Assembly: GCA_963676395.1 (NCBI GenBank)
Contig: OY781066.1
Location: 1,728,001 to 1,792,000, forward strand
Origin: a bacterium
Lineage (GTDB): Bacteria; Fidelibacterota; Fidelibacteria; Fidelibacterales; Fidelibacteraceae
Direction: 5' to 3'
Length of the DNA: 64,000 nt
The position numbers were made by a program, and so were the translations under genes. Below, piece by piece: positions 39,991 through 49,834 of this stretch. Numbering within the stretch: position 1 is the first letter of the stretch; each line of letters opens with the position of its first letter. The notes under the pieces were generated by a model. The model saw only the letters and a program-made list of their open reading frames with translations, searched no databases and was not told the DNA's origin.

Positions 39991-40605
39991 CTATAAGCTA
40001 AACATCAAAAACCCCGTAAATGCCGCATTGCTGGGGGAGAGGCTTGGGTCGACCTGCTTTTTCATTTCATGTATATATGTTCTGTATCTTTTGTAGAAAT
40101 CATAGCTGGGCCGTGGTCTGTAGATCAGATCATCCAACTCCAAAAAGTTGATGATATTTTTAGTGGTCGTGGGTTTAACAAAGATCTCTTCGGTGGGTTT
40201 ATAGTAAGTCCCGAAGACGGTAGTCAACGTCCATTTTGCTAATTTAACTCTTCTCAGGATATCAACCATGAATTCAAAGCCTTTTTCTTGGTCCCCGTGC
40301 AGGAATTCGTAAAGGGATTGAGCCAGGAATTCCTTTTGTCCCATGTCTAATGAATTTACATAATCCCTGTATTTGGGTTTCTCAAAAAGTGATACCATGG
40401 TTGATTTTTTAACCATTTCGATCATTTTGGGTACGATAAGATCCAGTCGGGTGAATTTTTCCGGAGCAAAGCTTTCTTGAGCAAAAGCGATAAGCTTATC
40501 CATTTTATGTTTTTTACCCACTTCGATCATTTCCGGAGAATTAAAGCCCTTGGGATATCTGGCCAAAAATTCTTGTTCGGCAGCTTTTAGTCTTTCTATA
40601 TTCAT
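39991..40605 (-). CDS. Hypothetical protein
   Basis: 204-aa ORF with AAGGA RBS; SLFEKPKYRD, FVKPTTTK, SNAAFTGFLM look like conserved blocks but no function recognised. Confidence 0.75.
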   Translation of the reverse strand: MNIERLKAAEQEFLARYPKGFNSPEMIEVGKKHKMDKLIAFAQESFAPEKFTRLDLIVPKMIEMVKKSTMVSLFEKPKYRDYVNSLDMGQKEFLAQSLYEFLHGDQEKGFEFMVDILRRVKLAKWTLTTVFGTYYKPTEEIFVKPTTTKNIINFLELDDLIYRPRPSYDFYKRYRTYIHEMKKQVDPSLSPSNAAFTGFLMFSL

Positions 40606-40767
40606 TTGTAATCCTTTTATTTTCTTGTTTAATTATACGAAAATTACATTGATTCAATAAAGAAAAATCGTATTGAGTTAATGGATGTAAATTTGATCGA
40701 GTCGCAGGATTAAAATATTCTGAAAGCGATTATTGTCGGAAGTATTTTCTGTGAATTATGTAAACTA

Positions 40768-40914
40768 AACCGAGTCGCTTGCCTGCATGTTACATCGACT
40801 CGGTTGAATGAAACCCACAATTAGGCAGTTGAATTAATCTGAGGTCTCACTCCTGACTTTCGGTTTCTAGCCCCAAATGGTCAAAGGGCGCCTACCCTTA
40901 GATAGACGCCCTTT
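40768..40914 (-). ncRNA. Candidate structured RNA with four consecutive hairpins
   Basis: Four stems whose plus-strand mismatches become G-U pairs on the minus strand; family not identified. Confidence 0.5.
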
Positions 40915-41094
40915 TAGGAAATAAAAAAGAGTTTTGATTTATTTCGTAAAAAGAAGACGAATTTTAATAAAAGATGTACTGAAAACAAAAAGATAAAAAA
41001 TATTTTTTATTGTTATCATTATCAAGTTTATTCATATATTTAAGATTGATTTGCTGAAAGGTGCGTAACGAATAAACGAAAAGGAAAAAAACGC

Positions 41095-42969
41095 ATGAAA
41101 CGTTTGATGTCTATCATCATGATGCTTTGTCTGGTTTTCTCATTTACTTTTGCAGGTGAAATGGATAACTCCAAACGCATTCCTACTCGCGACGAGATCG
41201 CCGAACAATATCGTTGGAATCTGTCCGATATTTATCCTACAACAGATGCATGGGAAAAAGATTTCTCATTGATCGAGGAAAATCTTGAAACTCTTCAGAA
41301 ATATAGAGGTAAGCTTGGAAAATCTGCTAAAAATCTAGAAGCTTGTTTAAAGGAATCTGAAAAGCTTGAAAGAGTTATTGACCAATTGTATGTAGCTTCA
41401 CATCTTCTTAAAGATCAGGATACAGGTAATTCAACATCTCAAGCTTTGGCTAATCGTATTGCTTCATTAAGTCAAAAGTTTTATCAAGGTCGCGCCTTCT
41501 TGTGGCCTGAAATTCAGGAGATTCCTGCAAAAAGATTGAAGAAATTTGTAAATTCTTCAGACTACCTGAAACAATATGAACATTCATTTGAAGATATGGT
41601 TCGTACTCAAGAACATATTTTAAGTGAACGCGAAGAGGAATTGCTTTCTATGGCCGGTAACATGTCTCGCGAATTTTCTTCAATTCGTGAAGCCTTAACA
41701 ACAGCCGACATTCAGTTCCCTATGGTTGAAGATGAAGAAGGTGATATGATCGAATTATCTTACGGTCGCTATCGTGCTTTGTTGATGTCGCATGATCCTC
41801 AAGTACGTCGTAATGGTTTCGAAGGTATGTACGGAACCTATGATAAGATCAAGAACACATCTGCTGCAGTTTATCGTGGCTCCGTGAAACAAGATATGTT
41901 CTATGCACAAGCTCGTGGATATGATTCATGTATCGAAATGGCACTTGATGGTGACAATGTTCCAGTTGAAGTGTATGATAACTTGATCGCTACGGTACAT
42001 GAATATATTGATCCTTTACAACGCTATATGAATATTCGCAAGAAGATATTGGGCGTTGATGAATTACACCTTTATGATACATCAGTTCCAATTATTAAAG
42101 GTTCAGACAAACGCTATACATATGAAGAAGCTGTTGATGTGATCCTCAAAGCATTGGAAGTTATGGGACCTCAATTTCAGGCCGATGCTAAAATGGCATT
42201 GAGTTCTCGCTGGGTTGATGTCTATGAAACAAAAGGTAAACGTTCAGGCGCCTATTCTTGGGGAACTTATGATTCTCATCCTTACATGCTGTTGAATTAT
42301 AATGGTACTCAGAATGATGTATTTACTTTGATCCACGAATTGGGTCACTCATTACATTCTTATTATACCAACTCAGCACAGCCTTACGCAACAGCGAATT
42401 ATTCATTGTTTGTTGCTGAAGTTGCTTCAACTTTTCTTGAAAATATCTTGATGGATTATCTTTTGAATACCATTGAAAGCAAAGATGAAAAACTTGCTCT
42501 TTTAGATCAATGGGCAGACAATATTACCGGTACTTTATATACCCAGACTCTCTTTGCAGAATTTGAACGTGAAGCTCACTCAAAAGCAGAACAAGGTATT
42601 CCTTTGACAGTTGATGTTTTGAATGAAACATACATGGATATCTTAAAAACATATTATGAAGGTTGTTTGACGCTTGATGAAGAATATGCTTTAACATGGA
42701 GTCGAATTCCTCATTTCTTCCGTCAATTTTATGTTTATAAATATGCCACATCAATTTCAGCGTCGACAGCTTTGAGCCAAAAAGTGATCGCTCAGGAAGA
42801 AAATGCAATGGAAAATTATATGAACTTCCTTCACAGCGGTTCATCAGATTATCCTATTGAATTGCTTAAAGGCGCCGGCGTTGATATGTCAACTCCCGAA
42901 CCTGTTGCAAATACCTTGAAACTTTTCGACAAGATCGTAACTCAAATGGAAGAGTTGATAAACGAATAA
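41095..42969 (+). CDS. pepF: Oligoendopeptidase F (M3B) with signal peptide
   Basis: WNLSDIYP, KGKRSGAYS, HELGHSLH zinc motif, FVAEVAST, WSRIPHF. Confidence 0.93.
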   Translation: MKRLMSIIMMLCLVFSFTFAGEMDNSKRIPTRDEIAEQYRWNLSDIYPTTDAWEKDFSLIEENLETLQKYRGKLGKSAKNLEACLKESEKLERVIDQLYVASHLLKDQDTGNSTSQALANRIASLSQKFYQGRAFLWPEIQEIPAKRLKKFVNSSDYLKQYEHSFEDMVRTQEHILSEREEELLSMAGNMSREFSSIREALTTADIQFPMVEDEEGDMIELSYGRYRALLMSHDPQVRRNGFEGMYGTYDKIKNTSAAVYRGSVKQDMFYAQARGYDSCIEMALDGDNVPVEVYDNLIATVHEYIDPLQRYMNIRKKILGVDELHLYDTSVPIIKGSDKRYTYEEAVDVILKALEVMGPQFQADAKMALSSRWVDVYETKGKRSGAYSWGTYDSHPYMLLNYNGTQNDVFTLIHELGHSLHSYYTNSAQPYATANYSLFVAEVASTFLENILMDYLLNTIESKDEKLALLDQWADNITGTLYTQTLFAEFEREAHSKAEQGIPLTVDVLNETYMDILKTYYEGCLTLDEEYALTWSRIPHFFRQFYVYKYATSISASTALSQKVIAQEENAMENYMNFLHSGSSDYPIELLKGAGVDMSTPEPVANTLKLFDKIVTQMEELINE

Positions 42970-43005
42970 AAGTTTCGCATAATATAAAATATCTTATTAG
43001 ATTTA

Positions 43006-43038
43006 TTCCCGTGGAGAGTCTCCACGGGAATTTTTTTA
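43006..43038 (+). terminator. Intrinsic terminator
   Basis: TTCCCGTGGAG-AGT-CTCCACGGGAA followed by T tract. Confidence 0.8.
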
Positions 43039-43060
43039 TCAAACCAAAGAAAGGATAAGC

Positions 43061-43930
43061 ATGAAAAAGATCCTTGTACTGTTACTGATTATGTTGATAT
43101 CTATTCCACTTCTTGCTGAAGATGAGAAAGAGAAAAGTCTTTGGGAAAACAAAGGTCAAACTTCTTTCCAATTTGCTCAAGCTGCCTTCAAAAATTGGGC
43201 CGGCGGTGGTACGAATGCTTTATCTTTAAATACATTATTGACCTATTACGTCAGTTATAAAAGAGATAAGTTTTCATGGAAAAATAATTTCGAAGTTGGG
43301 TACGGTTTTCAATATGCTTTGCAAACCATGCAGAAAACTGATGATAAACTAGATTATTCTACTTCTTTGGATTTTACTGCCGGTAAAAGCTGGGATTATT
43401 CCGGTGCCTTGAGTTTTAAAACTCAAATGGTCAAAGGTTATGATAGCGGAAACCTGATATCAAACTTTTTTGCTCCCGCTTATGTGGTTATTTCCGGTGG
43501 CATGACCTTTGCTCCGAATGAAGATTTAAATATTTTGCTTGCTCCTGTAACAGGAAAAATGACATTTGTAACGGATCCCGTATTATCTGCAGCCGGATCT
43601 TATGGTGTTGATCCCGGTAAGACTTTGAGAGCGGAGTTGGGTGGTTTTATTAAAATGTCACTTAAATATGAATTGTTAGAAAATGTATTAATGAGAACAA
43701 AATTAGAGTTATTCTCAAATTATGCCGATAATCCCCAATTTGTTGATGTAAACTGGGATCTTTTGATAGCTATGAAGATCAACAAATACCTGTCTGCCAA
43801 TATTTCTACGAACTTGATATATGATCATGATATTGATATTAAACATGAAAACTTACAGGGTGTTACTGTAACCGGACCGGCCGTACAATTTAAAGAAATG
43901 TTCTCATTGGGTGTAACGTTTATTCTTTAG
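43061..43930 (+). CDS. DUF3078 outer-membrane beta-barrel protein
   Basis: FKNWAGGG, QKTDDKL, ISNFFAPAY, DVNWD, QFKEMFSLG. Confidence 0.85.
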   Translation: MKKILVLLLIMLISIPLLAEDEKEKSLWENKGQTSFQFAQAAFKNWAGGGTNALSLNTLLTYYVSYKRDKFSWKNNFEVGYGFQYALQTMQKTDDKLDYSTSLDFTAGKSWDYSGALSFKTQMVKGYDSGNLISNFFAPAYVVISGGMTFAPNEDLNILLAPVTGKMTFVTDPVLSAAGSYGVDPGKTLRAELGGFIKMSLKYELLENVLMRTKLELFSNYADNPQFVDVNWDLLIAMKINKYLSANISTNLIYDHDIDIKHENLQGVTVTGPAVQFKEMFSLGVTFIL

Positions 43931-43938
43931 GAGGAAAT

Positions 43939-44289
43939 ATGATTATTAAATCCTTAAAAAATGTTGAAAAGAAAACAGTCAATATGGAAGGTGTCAAGAA
44001 TGCTTTTCGTCAAGTACCCGTGGGGATTGCCGATGGTACACCGAACCTTTCTTTTCGTGTATTCACACTAGAACCCGGTGGTCACACGCCGTTTCATATA
44101 CATGAATCTGAGCACGTGAATTATTTTATTTCCGGGAAAGGTGCCGTTCGGGATGAACAAGGGGTTTTGCATCCTGTTGAAGCGGGTGACTTTTCCTTGA
44201 TCATGCCTCAGGAAAAACATCAGTATCGCAATACCTCCGATACGGAAGACCTGGTCTTTATCTGTGCGGTGATGAAAGAATATGAATAA
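43939..44289 (+). CDS. Cupin domain protein
   Basis: PGGHTPFHIHESEH...EKHQYRN. Confidence 0.9.
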   Translation: MIIKSLKNVEKKTVNMEGVKNAFRQVPVGIADGTPNLSFRVFTLEPGGHTPFHIHESEHVNYFISGKGAVRDEQGVLHPVEAGDFSLIMPQEKHQYRNTSDTEDLVFICAVMKEYE

Positions 44290-44351
44290 GAATAAGAATA
44301 TTCTATAGCCTTGAGTTTAAACCCAAGGTAAATGAAAAAAAGATTTATAAC

Positions 44352-44379
44352 AAAAACGGCATCTTGAGATGCCGTTTTT
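44352..44379. terminator. Bidirectional terminator
   Basis: AAAAACGGCATC-TTGA-GATGCCGTTTTT. Confidence 0.8.
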
Positions 44380-44423
44380 GCGTTGTTGGAATGAAACCAA
44401 AAAGAGAAAACTAATATACTTTG

Positions 44424-45782
44424 CTAATTATTATTACTTAGCGATTTAAGATGTTTAAATTCGGATGTTACCATAAATAAAACCCAGATAATGATGAGCA
44501 TATCTATTAAAAATGAACCGATATAAATCCATTGTATTCCGAAAAACCTGGGGAGGATAAGCATTACAGGTACATATAAAATCAATTGCCTTACAATACC
44601 CATGATGGATACCGTTTTCCCTTTGTTTATCGCCGGGAAAAAGGTCATAGCCATAAATATTAAAGGTAATACTGGAAGCAAGGCCATAAAGAACCTGAAG
44701 TTACTAATGTCAGAGGCAAGAAAGTTTTTTGCCGGTAGCATTAAATGCAGTACCGTCTCAGGGCTAATCATCATGATAAGCCAGAAGGGTGTCATCAGGA
44801 TTGTAGCTGCAAATCCAAAGATTTTGAAATTGCTGATAACTCTGTCATATTTTTTAGCTCCAAAGTTGATTCCCACTGCAGGCTGAAGGGCTCTCATTAA
44901 TCCAAAGATTGGCGTTAGCATAAATAAAAAGATTCTGTATACAATACCGTAAAAAGCCAGATCCGAAGTAGTGCCAAAGCGACTCAGGGCATTAAGAACA
45001 ACAATTCCTTGAATAAGGGTCATTACTGTCATGATCAAAGAGGGGATCCCGTTGGATATCATAGTTTTTATAATTTCTTTATCTCTGGATAATGCGAAAG
45101 GTTTAGCTTCAAATGAAATATGTTTACCTGAAGCATAGATGAAAAATATTATCGTATAAACCAGCATGCCTATATTGGTTCCCCAGGCTGCTCCTTTAAC
45201 TCCAAGGTCGAGAACAACGATAAAGAAGTAATTAGCAATAATGTTTACCGCTAACCCTATACCCATCATAATAGCCGCTGAGCCCATTTTACCTTCGGAA
45301 CGTACTAGCATATTACCCGAAAGTCCCGTAATCCAAAATATGGAGCCAAAGAGTGTAATTCGAAAATAGTCTACGCCAAAAACCAGTGCTTTACCTGTTC
45401 CTCCCATCATTACAATTAAAGGTTTACAGAAGAGAAGCCCCAGTACAGTTAAACTAATACCAAAAACTATGTTTAGATAGTTAAGGTTACCAAGGATTTT
45501 TTTTTGAGTACTATGATCATTTGCTCCAAGTGCAATACTGAGCGCTGATCCTGCCCCCACTCCCACAAGCGAGCCTAACCCGAGAGAGATTTGACTCAGA
45601 GGATAAGCTAGAGATATTCCTGCAAGAGCTGTTTCTCCAACAAATCGACCAACAAAGATGGCATCAAAAATTGTATTAAAACCGTAAAGTATCATGGCGA
45701 TGACAGCCGGCCATGAAAGTTTAAACATCACGTGCCAGATATTGTCGTTAAGAATCATATTTTTTTGTTTATTATTACTCAT
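44424..45782 (-). CDS. MATE family efflux transporter
   Basis: DAIFVGRFVGETALAG, RSEG, LGVKGAAWGT, QPAVGINFGAK; about 12 TM segments. Confidence 0.92.
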   Translation of the reverse strand: MSNNKQKNMILNDNIWHVMFKLSWPAVIAMILYGFNTIFDAIFVGRFVGETALAGISLAYPLSQISLGLGSLVGVGAGSALSIALGANDHSTQKKILGNLNYLNIVFGISLTVLGLLFCKPLIVMMGGTGKALVFGVDYFRITLFGSIFWITGLSGNMLVRSEGKMGSAAIMMGIGLAVNIIANYFFIVVLDLGVKGAAWGTNIGMLVYTIIFFIYASGKHISFEAKPFALSRDKEIIKTMISNGIPSLIMTVMTLIQGIVVLNALSRFGTTSDLAFYGIVYRIFLFMLTPIFGLMRALQPAVGINFGAKKYDRVISNFKIFGFAATILMTPFWLIMMISPETVLHLMLPAKNFLASDISNFRFFMALLPVLPLIFMAMTFFPAINKGKTVSIMGIVRQLILYVPVMLILPRFFGIQWIYIGSFLIDMLIIIWVLFMVTSEFKHLKSLSNNN

Positions 45783-45793
45783 CGAATATTATC

Positions 45794-45877
45794 CTATCTA
45801 TTTTGATTATATAACGGGGCCATAAAAGCTATAGATAAAAAGAATACTCTAAAGAATACTTTTCTTAAAATTTGCAT
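45794..45877 (-). other. 27-codon ORF consisting of a signal-peptide-like sequence (gene remnant or leader)
   Basis: GGAGG RBS, ATG at 45877; MQILRKVFFRVFFLSIAFMAPLYNQNR*. Confidence 0.5.
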
Positions 45878-45919
45878 GAATGCCTCCAGTATTGTCATGA
45901 TTTAAAAATTGTTAAGTTT

Positions 45920-46303
45920 TCAGATCATTACAGGAGGTGCTCTTTTCTGAGTAGCATGTTGAATGAAAGGTAATTGTTGTATATACTGTCCCCGGGAAGT
46001 GAGATCAGTATTAGAAAAGAGGAAAAATAATAGGAAAATAAAAATGGCGAGGATGGTGTTGAGAGCTTGTATAAAATATAGTTGCGACTGCGAATGCCGG
46101 TGAGTGGCTTCATTAGGTTGTTCGTTGTGACTGAATGGATGAGAGTGTACCATTATCCGTCCATTCTCCATCCTATGCAAATGGAGAAAAAAACTGCTGT
46201 TGATAAGAACAAGTACAAAAGCAAAGATCAGTATATAAACTAATATAGCCTGTCGTTTGTTTGCGACGTATTTATTATACTGACTGTTAATTGTTATGAT
46301 CAA
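45920..46303 (-). CDS. His-rich two-TM small protein ending in RAPP (DUF2946-like leader)
   Basis: HLH...MVHSHPF...HRHS between two hydrophobic segments; C-terminal KRAPPVMI; likely TTG start at 46303 after GAAGGAAG. Confidence 0.7.
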   Translation of the reverse strand: MIITINSQYNKYVANKRQAILVYILIFAFVLVLINSSFFLHLHRMENGRIMVHSHPFSHNEQPNEATHRHSQSQLYFIQALNTILAIFIFLLFFLFSNTDLTSRGQYIQQLPFIQHATQKRAPPVMI

Positions 46304-46566
46304 CTTGCTTCCTTCTTCAATAAGGCGTAAAGCTACAATCGAATATTTAATAAAACAAGTATAATTGAGAATTAATCTCAATTTATTGTGATTTAATGGA
46401 TTTAAAATTGATTGTTTCGCTTACACTTAAGAGTGTGAGGTGCTGGTGAGGATATGTTTAGACTCTACATTTTTTTAAATATTTCATCTAATATCGAAAT
46501 AATATTAAAACCATTTCATGTTATGATGATTTTCAATTAAATTTGTCCTGATATGTTTAAGAAAGG

Positions 46567-48063
46567 ATGTTTATGAAACGATTCAGCACATTATTGCTTA
46601 TTTCTCTGTTTGTTATTTCATGCGGGGCTACCTCTCAAAGTATTGTAAAAACCGGAGGTGCGGATTTTAATTCACTAATGAAAAATATTGATGCTATTGT
46701 TCATGATGAAGAATTTGCTCACGCGCATTGGGGAGTAATGATTAAATCATTGGATAAAGATGAGGTTTGGTATGCTCACAATGCCGAGCGTATGTTTATG
46801 CCTGCATCAAATAATAAGATTCCTTCGACCGCAGCAGCTTTGAAAGTATTGGGGAAAGATTTTCGTTTTGAAACTAAGGTTTATACCAAAGGCTATATCA
46901 AGAATGGCGTTCTTCACGGAGATTTGATCGTCTGGTCAAATGGCGATCCAACCATGTATGAAAAGTATATGGATGATTCAAAAGCGGTATTTAAAGCATG
47001 GGCCGATACGCTTAAAAAGCAGGGAGTACATCATATAACCGGTGATATTATCGGCAATGACGATGCTTTTGATGATACTCATATTGGAGAGGGCTGGGCC
47101 TGGGATTATCAGAGCGTATGGTATGCTGCGCAATTTGGTGCCTTGCAGTTTAATGAAAACTATGTTGATGTCAAGATCGTCCCACCTGCAACGGTGGATG
47201 GTGATGTTGTTCTTATTCCTAATGTTGAGACATCCTATTTTAATTTAAACGATGATTTTGAGATCAAAGAAAACGGTTGGAATAAAATATCGATGCACCG
47301 CGATTTTTACTCAAATGATATAACCCTATACGGTGAATTGGTAGCCGGTACCGATACAACAGAAAGAACTCCTACCATTGATAATCCCACAAAATATTAT
47401 GTCCATGTGTTGAAAGAAACATTGGAAGAGTGTGGTGTTGATGTTCAGGGTAAGGCTATGGATTGTGATGATGTTGTAGGGTGGAAGAATGAAGAAATGT
47501 GTGATGATAATGTTAAAATATTAGCTGTTTATCATTCCGTACCGCTAAGTGAAGTGGTAAAACGCTGTTTGAAGCGCTCCCAGAATATGTATGCAGAAAC
47601 CATGCCCAGAGTATTATCATGGTATGTTACGGGAGAAGGCAGTATCGAAGCCGGTCGTGAGATCATGGATTCTATTTTTACTGATTTTGACATAGAACCA
47701 GGCTCATGGGCTTATGTAGATGGATCAGGTTTAACTCGCTATGATTATATTTCACCGGAAGTTTTAGTTAAAATTTTAGAAGGAATGTATCGTTCGGATC
47801 TTAAAGATGTTTGGATGGAATCTTTACCAATTTCCGGAGTGGATGGGACTTTAAGACGTCGTATGAAAGGTACGGCAGCGTATAAAAAGGTTCTGGCTAA
47901 GACAGGCACTATTTCGAATACTCGAGGACTTAGTGGTTACACCACAACCGCTTCCGGCGAAAACATAGTATTCTCATTTCTGGTTAATGGACATTTACTC
48001 AGCTCAAAAGATACAGAAAGGATTACGGATTCTATCCTTGAGTTGATTTGTGAATACAAATAG
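46567..48063 (+). CDS. dacB: D-Ala-D-Ala carboxypeptidase/endopeptidase PBP4 (S13), lipoprotein
   Basis: PASNNK (SxxK), SQN, DGSGL, AKTGT; lipobox VISC. Confidence 0.93.
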   Translation: MFMKRFSTLLLISLFVISCGATSQSIVKTGGADFNSLMKNIDAIVHDEEFAHAHWGVMIKSLDKDEVWYAHNAERMFMPASNNKIPSTAAALKVLGKDFRFETKVYTKGYIKNGVLHGDLIVWSNGDPTMYEKYMDDSKAVFKAWADTLKKQGVHHITGDIIGNDDAFDDTHIGEGWAWDYQSVWYAAQFGALQFNENYVDVKIVPPATVDGDVVLIPNVETSYFNLNDDFEIKENGWNKISMHRDFYSNDITLYGELVAGTDTTERTPTIDNPTKYYVHVLKETLEECGVDVQGKAMDCDDVVGWKNEEMCDDNVKILAVYHSVPLSEVVKRCLKRSQNMYAETMPRVLSWYVTGEGSIEAGREIMDSIFTDFDIEPGSWAYVDGSGLTRYDYISPEVLVKILEGMYRSDLKDVWMESLPISGVDGTLRRRMKGTAAYKKVLAKTGTISNTRGLSGYTTTASGENIVFSFLVNGHLLSSKDTERITDSILELICEYK

Positions 48064-48091
48064 TTGTTTTCCATAATAAAATTTTTGCAAG

Positions 48092-48131
48092 AATTAGTAA
48101 AGACGGAGTATTACCCCGTCTTTACTAATTT
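48092..48131. terminator. Long hairpin between convergent genes
   Basis: AATTAGTAAAGACGG...CCGTCTTTACTAATT. Confidence 0.75.
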
Positions 48132-48146
48132 ATAGCAAATATAATT

Positions 48147-49619
48147 TTACTTTCCTGTGGGAAACTTCACGGTAAACTTTGAGCCTTTTTCGTACTCGGA
48201 GCTTACAAAAATCTGTCCATGATATTCATCCACGATTTTTTTAAGAATGGTCATACCCAGTCCGGTACCGCTGATCTTACGAGTATGTTCATTCTTGGCA
48301 CGAAAAAATTCTTCAAATAGGCGTTCGCTTTCTTTCGCTTTCATACCGATACCCGTATCTTCAATGCTGACGATAACATGTTTGTCATCTTTGGATGCAT
48401 TTACAATTATTCGGCCTTCATCTTTATTGTATTTGATAGCGTTTGAGATCAAATTGGTATAAACACGACGAATTTCTTCGCGATCGGCATCCATATATAA
48501 TTCTTTGTCTATGGATGTCTCAAGTTTTAGCTTTTTACTACGTATATTACTGGTAAAAAATTCCAAAGTTTCTTCAAGAAGATCGCCGGCATCGATGTGT
48601 TCGATTTCTCGACGAATGGTTTGGGCATCCATTCTAAAGATATTTAAGAGATCCTGCAATAGGGCCAGCATTGCTTCGGAACGATTTAGAGAGCGTTTTA
48701 AATATTTTTCATAGAGTTCTTCGTTATCACCTAATTGTTTTTCGGTGACCATCTCAAGATAACCCTTAATAGCACCCAACGGCGCTTTCAATTCATGCGC
48801 AACCATGTTGATGAATTCAGATTTTGATAGCTCTAATTCTTTGATTTCAGTAATGTCCCTTAAAACCGATACAACTCCGTTCATTTTTCCGTTTTCATCA
48901 AGAATGGGAGTAGAGTTAGCCATAACTACCAGTTTGGCCGGGGGTGTGATAATGATCTCTTCTTTGATAGAACAAGTGCTTGCATTGCTCATAAAAGCAT
49001 TATCAATTTGCTCTTGTAATTTTTTGGGAAGGATCTCAAATATTTTTTCACCAACCGGGATCTCGCGCTCAACACCGATAAGTTTCATAAATCTAGGATT
49101 GGTAAAAATGATCTCCCGTCTGGAATTTGTGATCATTAAACCATCATCAATGGTATTAATCACGGAACGAAGTCGTGATTGTTCTTCGGAAATAGCCAGA
49201 AGATTTTCATTTTTTTCTTCTTCCAGGCGGCGGGCTTCACGAATATACCAACGACGTTCGGTAGCTCGTTTTAAGAGTCTTTCAAATTTGTGGTGTCTGA
49301 TAGGTTTTTTTAGGAAATCATAAGATCCGAGACGAGCACTTTTCATGATGGTATCGATCTCGGGGTCTTGTTCCATCATCACACAAATAGCTTCAGGATA
49401 AGCCTTATGAATTTTTGATAAAACCTCAAGTCCGGGGCGGTCGCCAAGTTGGGTAGCTATGAGATATATATCGTATTCTTTATTTGTACCTCGCTTGATA
49501 CCTTCCTGGGCATTAAGCTTTACGTCAAGCTTAAATGGCTCCTTGATAGCATGCTTGATGCTGTCTATAACCTTTAGGTCTTTTTCAATCAATAAAATAT
49601 GTGCGCCGGTCAATAACAT
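48147..49619 (-). CDS. Hybrid receiver-PAS-histidine kinase
   Basis: N-terminal REC-like domain, PAS, AHELKAPL H-box, NLISNAIKYN, DTGIGM, GTGLGM. Confidence 0.9.
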   Translation of the reverse strand: MLLTGAHILLIEKDLKVIDSIKHAIKEPFKLDVKLNAQEGIKRGTNKEYDIYLIATQLGDRPGLEVLSKIHKAYPEAICVMMEQDPEIDTIMKSARLGSYDFLKKPIRHHKFERLLKRATERRWYIREARRLEEEKNENLLAISEEQSRLRSVINTIDDGLMITNSRREIIFTNPRFMKLIGVEREIPVGEKIFEILPKKLQEQIDNAFMSNASTCSIKEEIIITPPAKLVVMANSTPILDENGKMNGVVSVLRDITEIKELELSKSEFINMVAHELKAPLGAIKGYLEMVTEKQLGDNEELYEKYLKRSLNRSEAMLALLQDLLNIFRMDAQTIRREIEHIDAGDLLEETLEFFTSNIRSKKLKLETSIDKELYMDADREEIRRVYTNLISNAIKYNKDEGRIIVNASKDDKHVIVSIEDTGIGMKAKESERLFEEFFRAKNEHTRKISGTGLGMTILKKIVDEYHGQIFVSSEYEKGSKFTVKFPTGK

Positions 49620-49834
49620 GCCAAATAATATTGATTATTGAGACGCAAAGCAAAGATTAATTGAGAATTGAGAGTGAAATTAAGAATTAAAAATTGAATA
49701 TGTGGTCATTGGGACTAATGTCAATTGGTCAACGAAGCCGGTGCAGGCCATCGAAGAAAATTAAATATTATTTGTATCTCGTGAAAAAATGAAATACATT
49801 ATTAATGTAGGTATAAAATAAAGGAGATTCTCCA

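Noticed and set aside
40768..40914. Assignment as a c-di-GMP, SAM, TPP or cobalamin riboswitch
   Set aside because: The diagnostic consensus motifs were not found; kept only as an unidentified RNA candidate.
48805..49323. 172-aa antisense ORF
   Set aside because: Fully antisense to the histidine kinase, with no recognisable motif.
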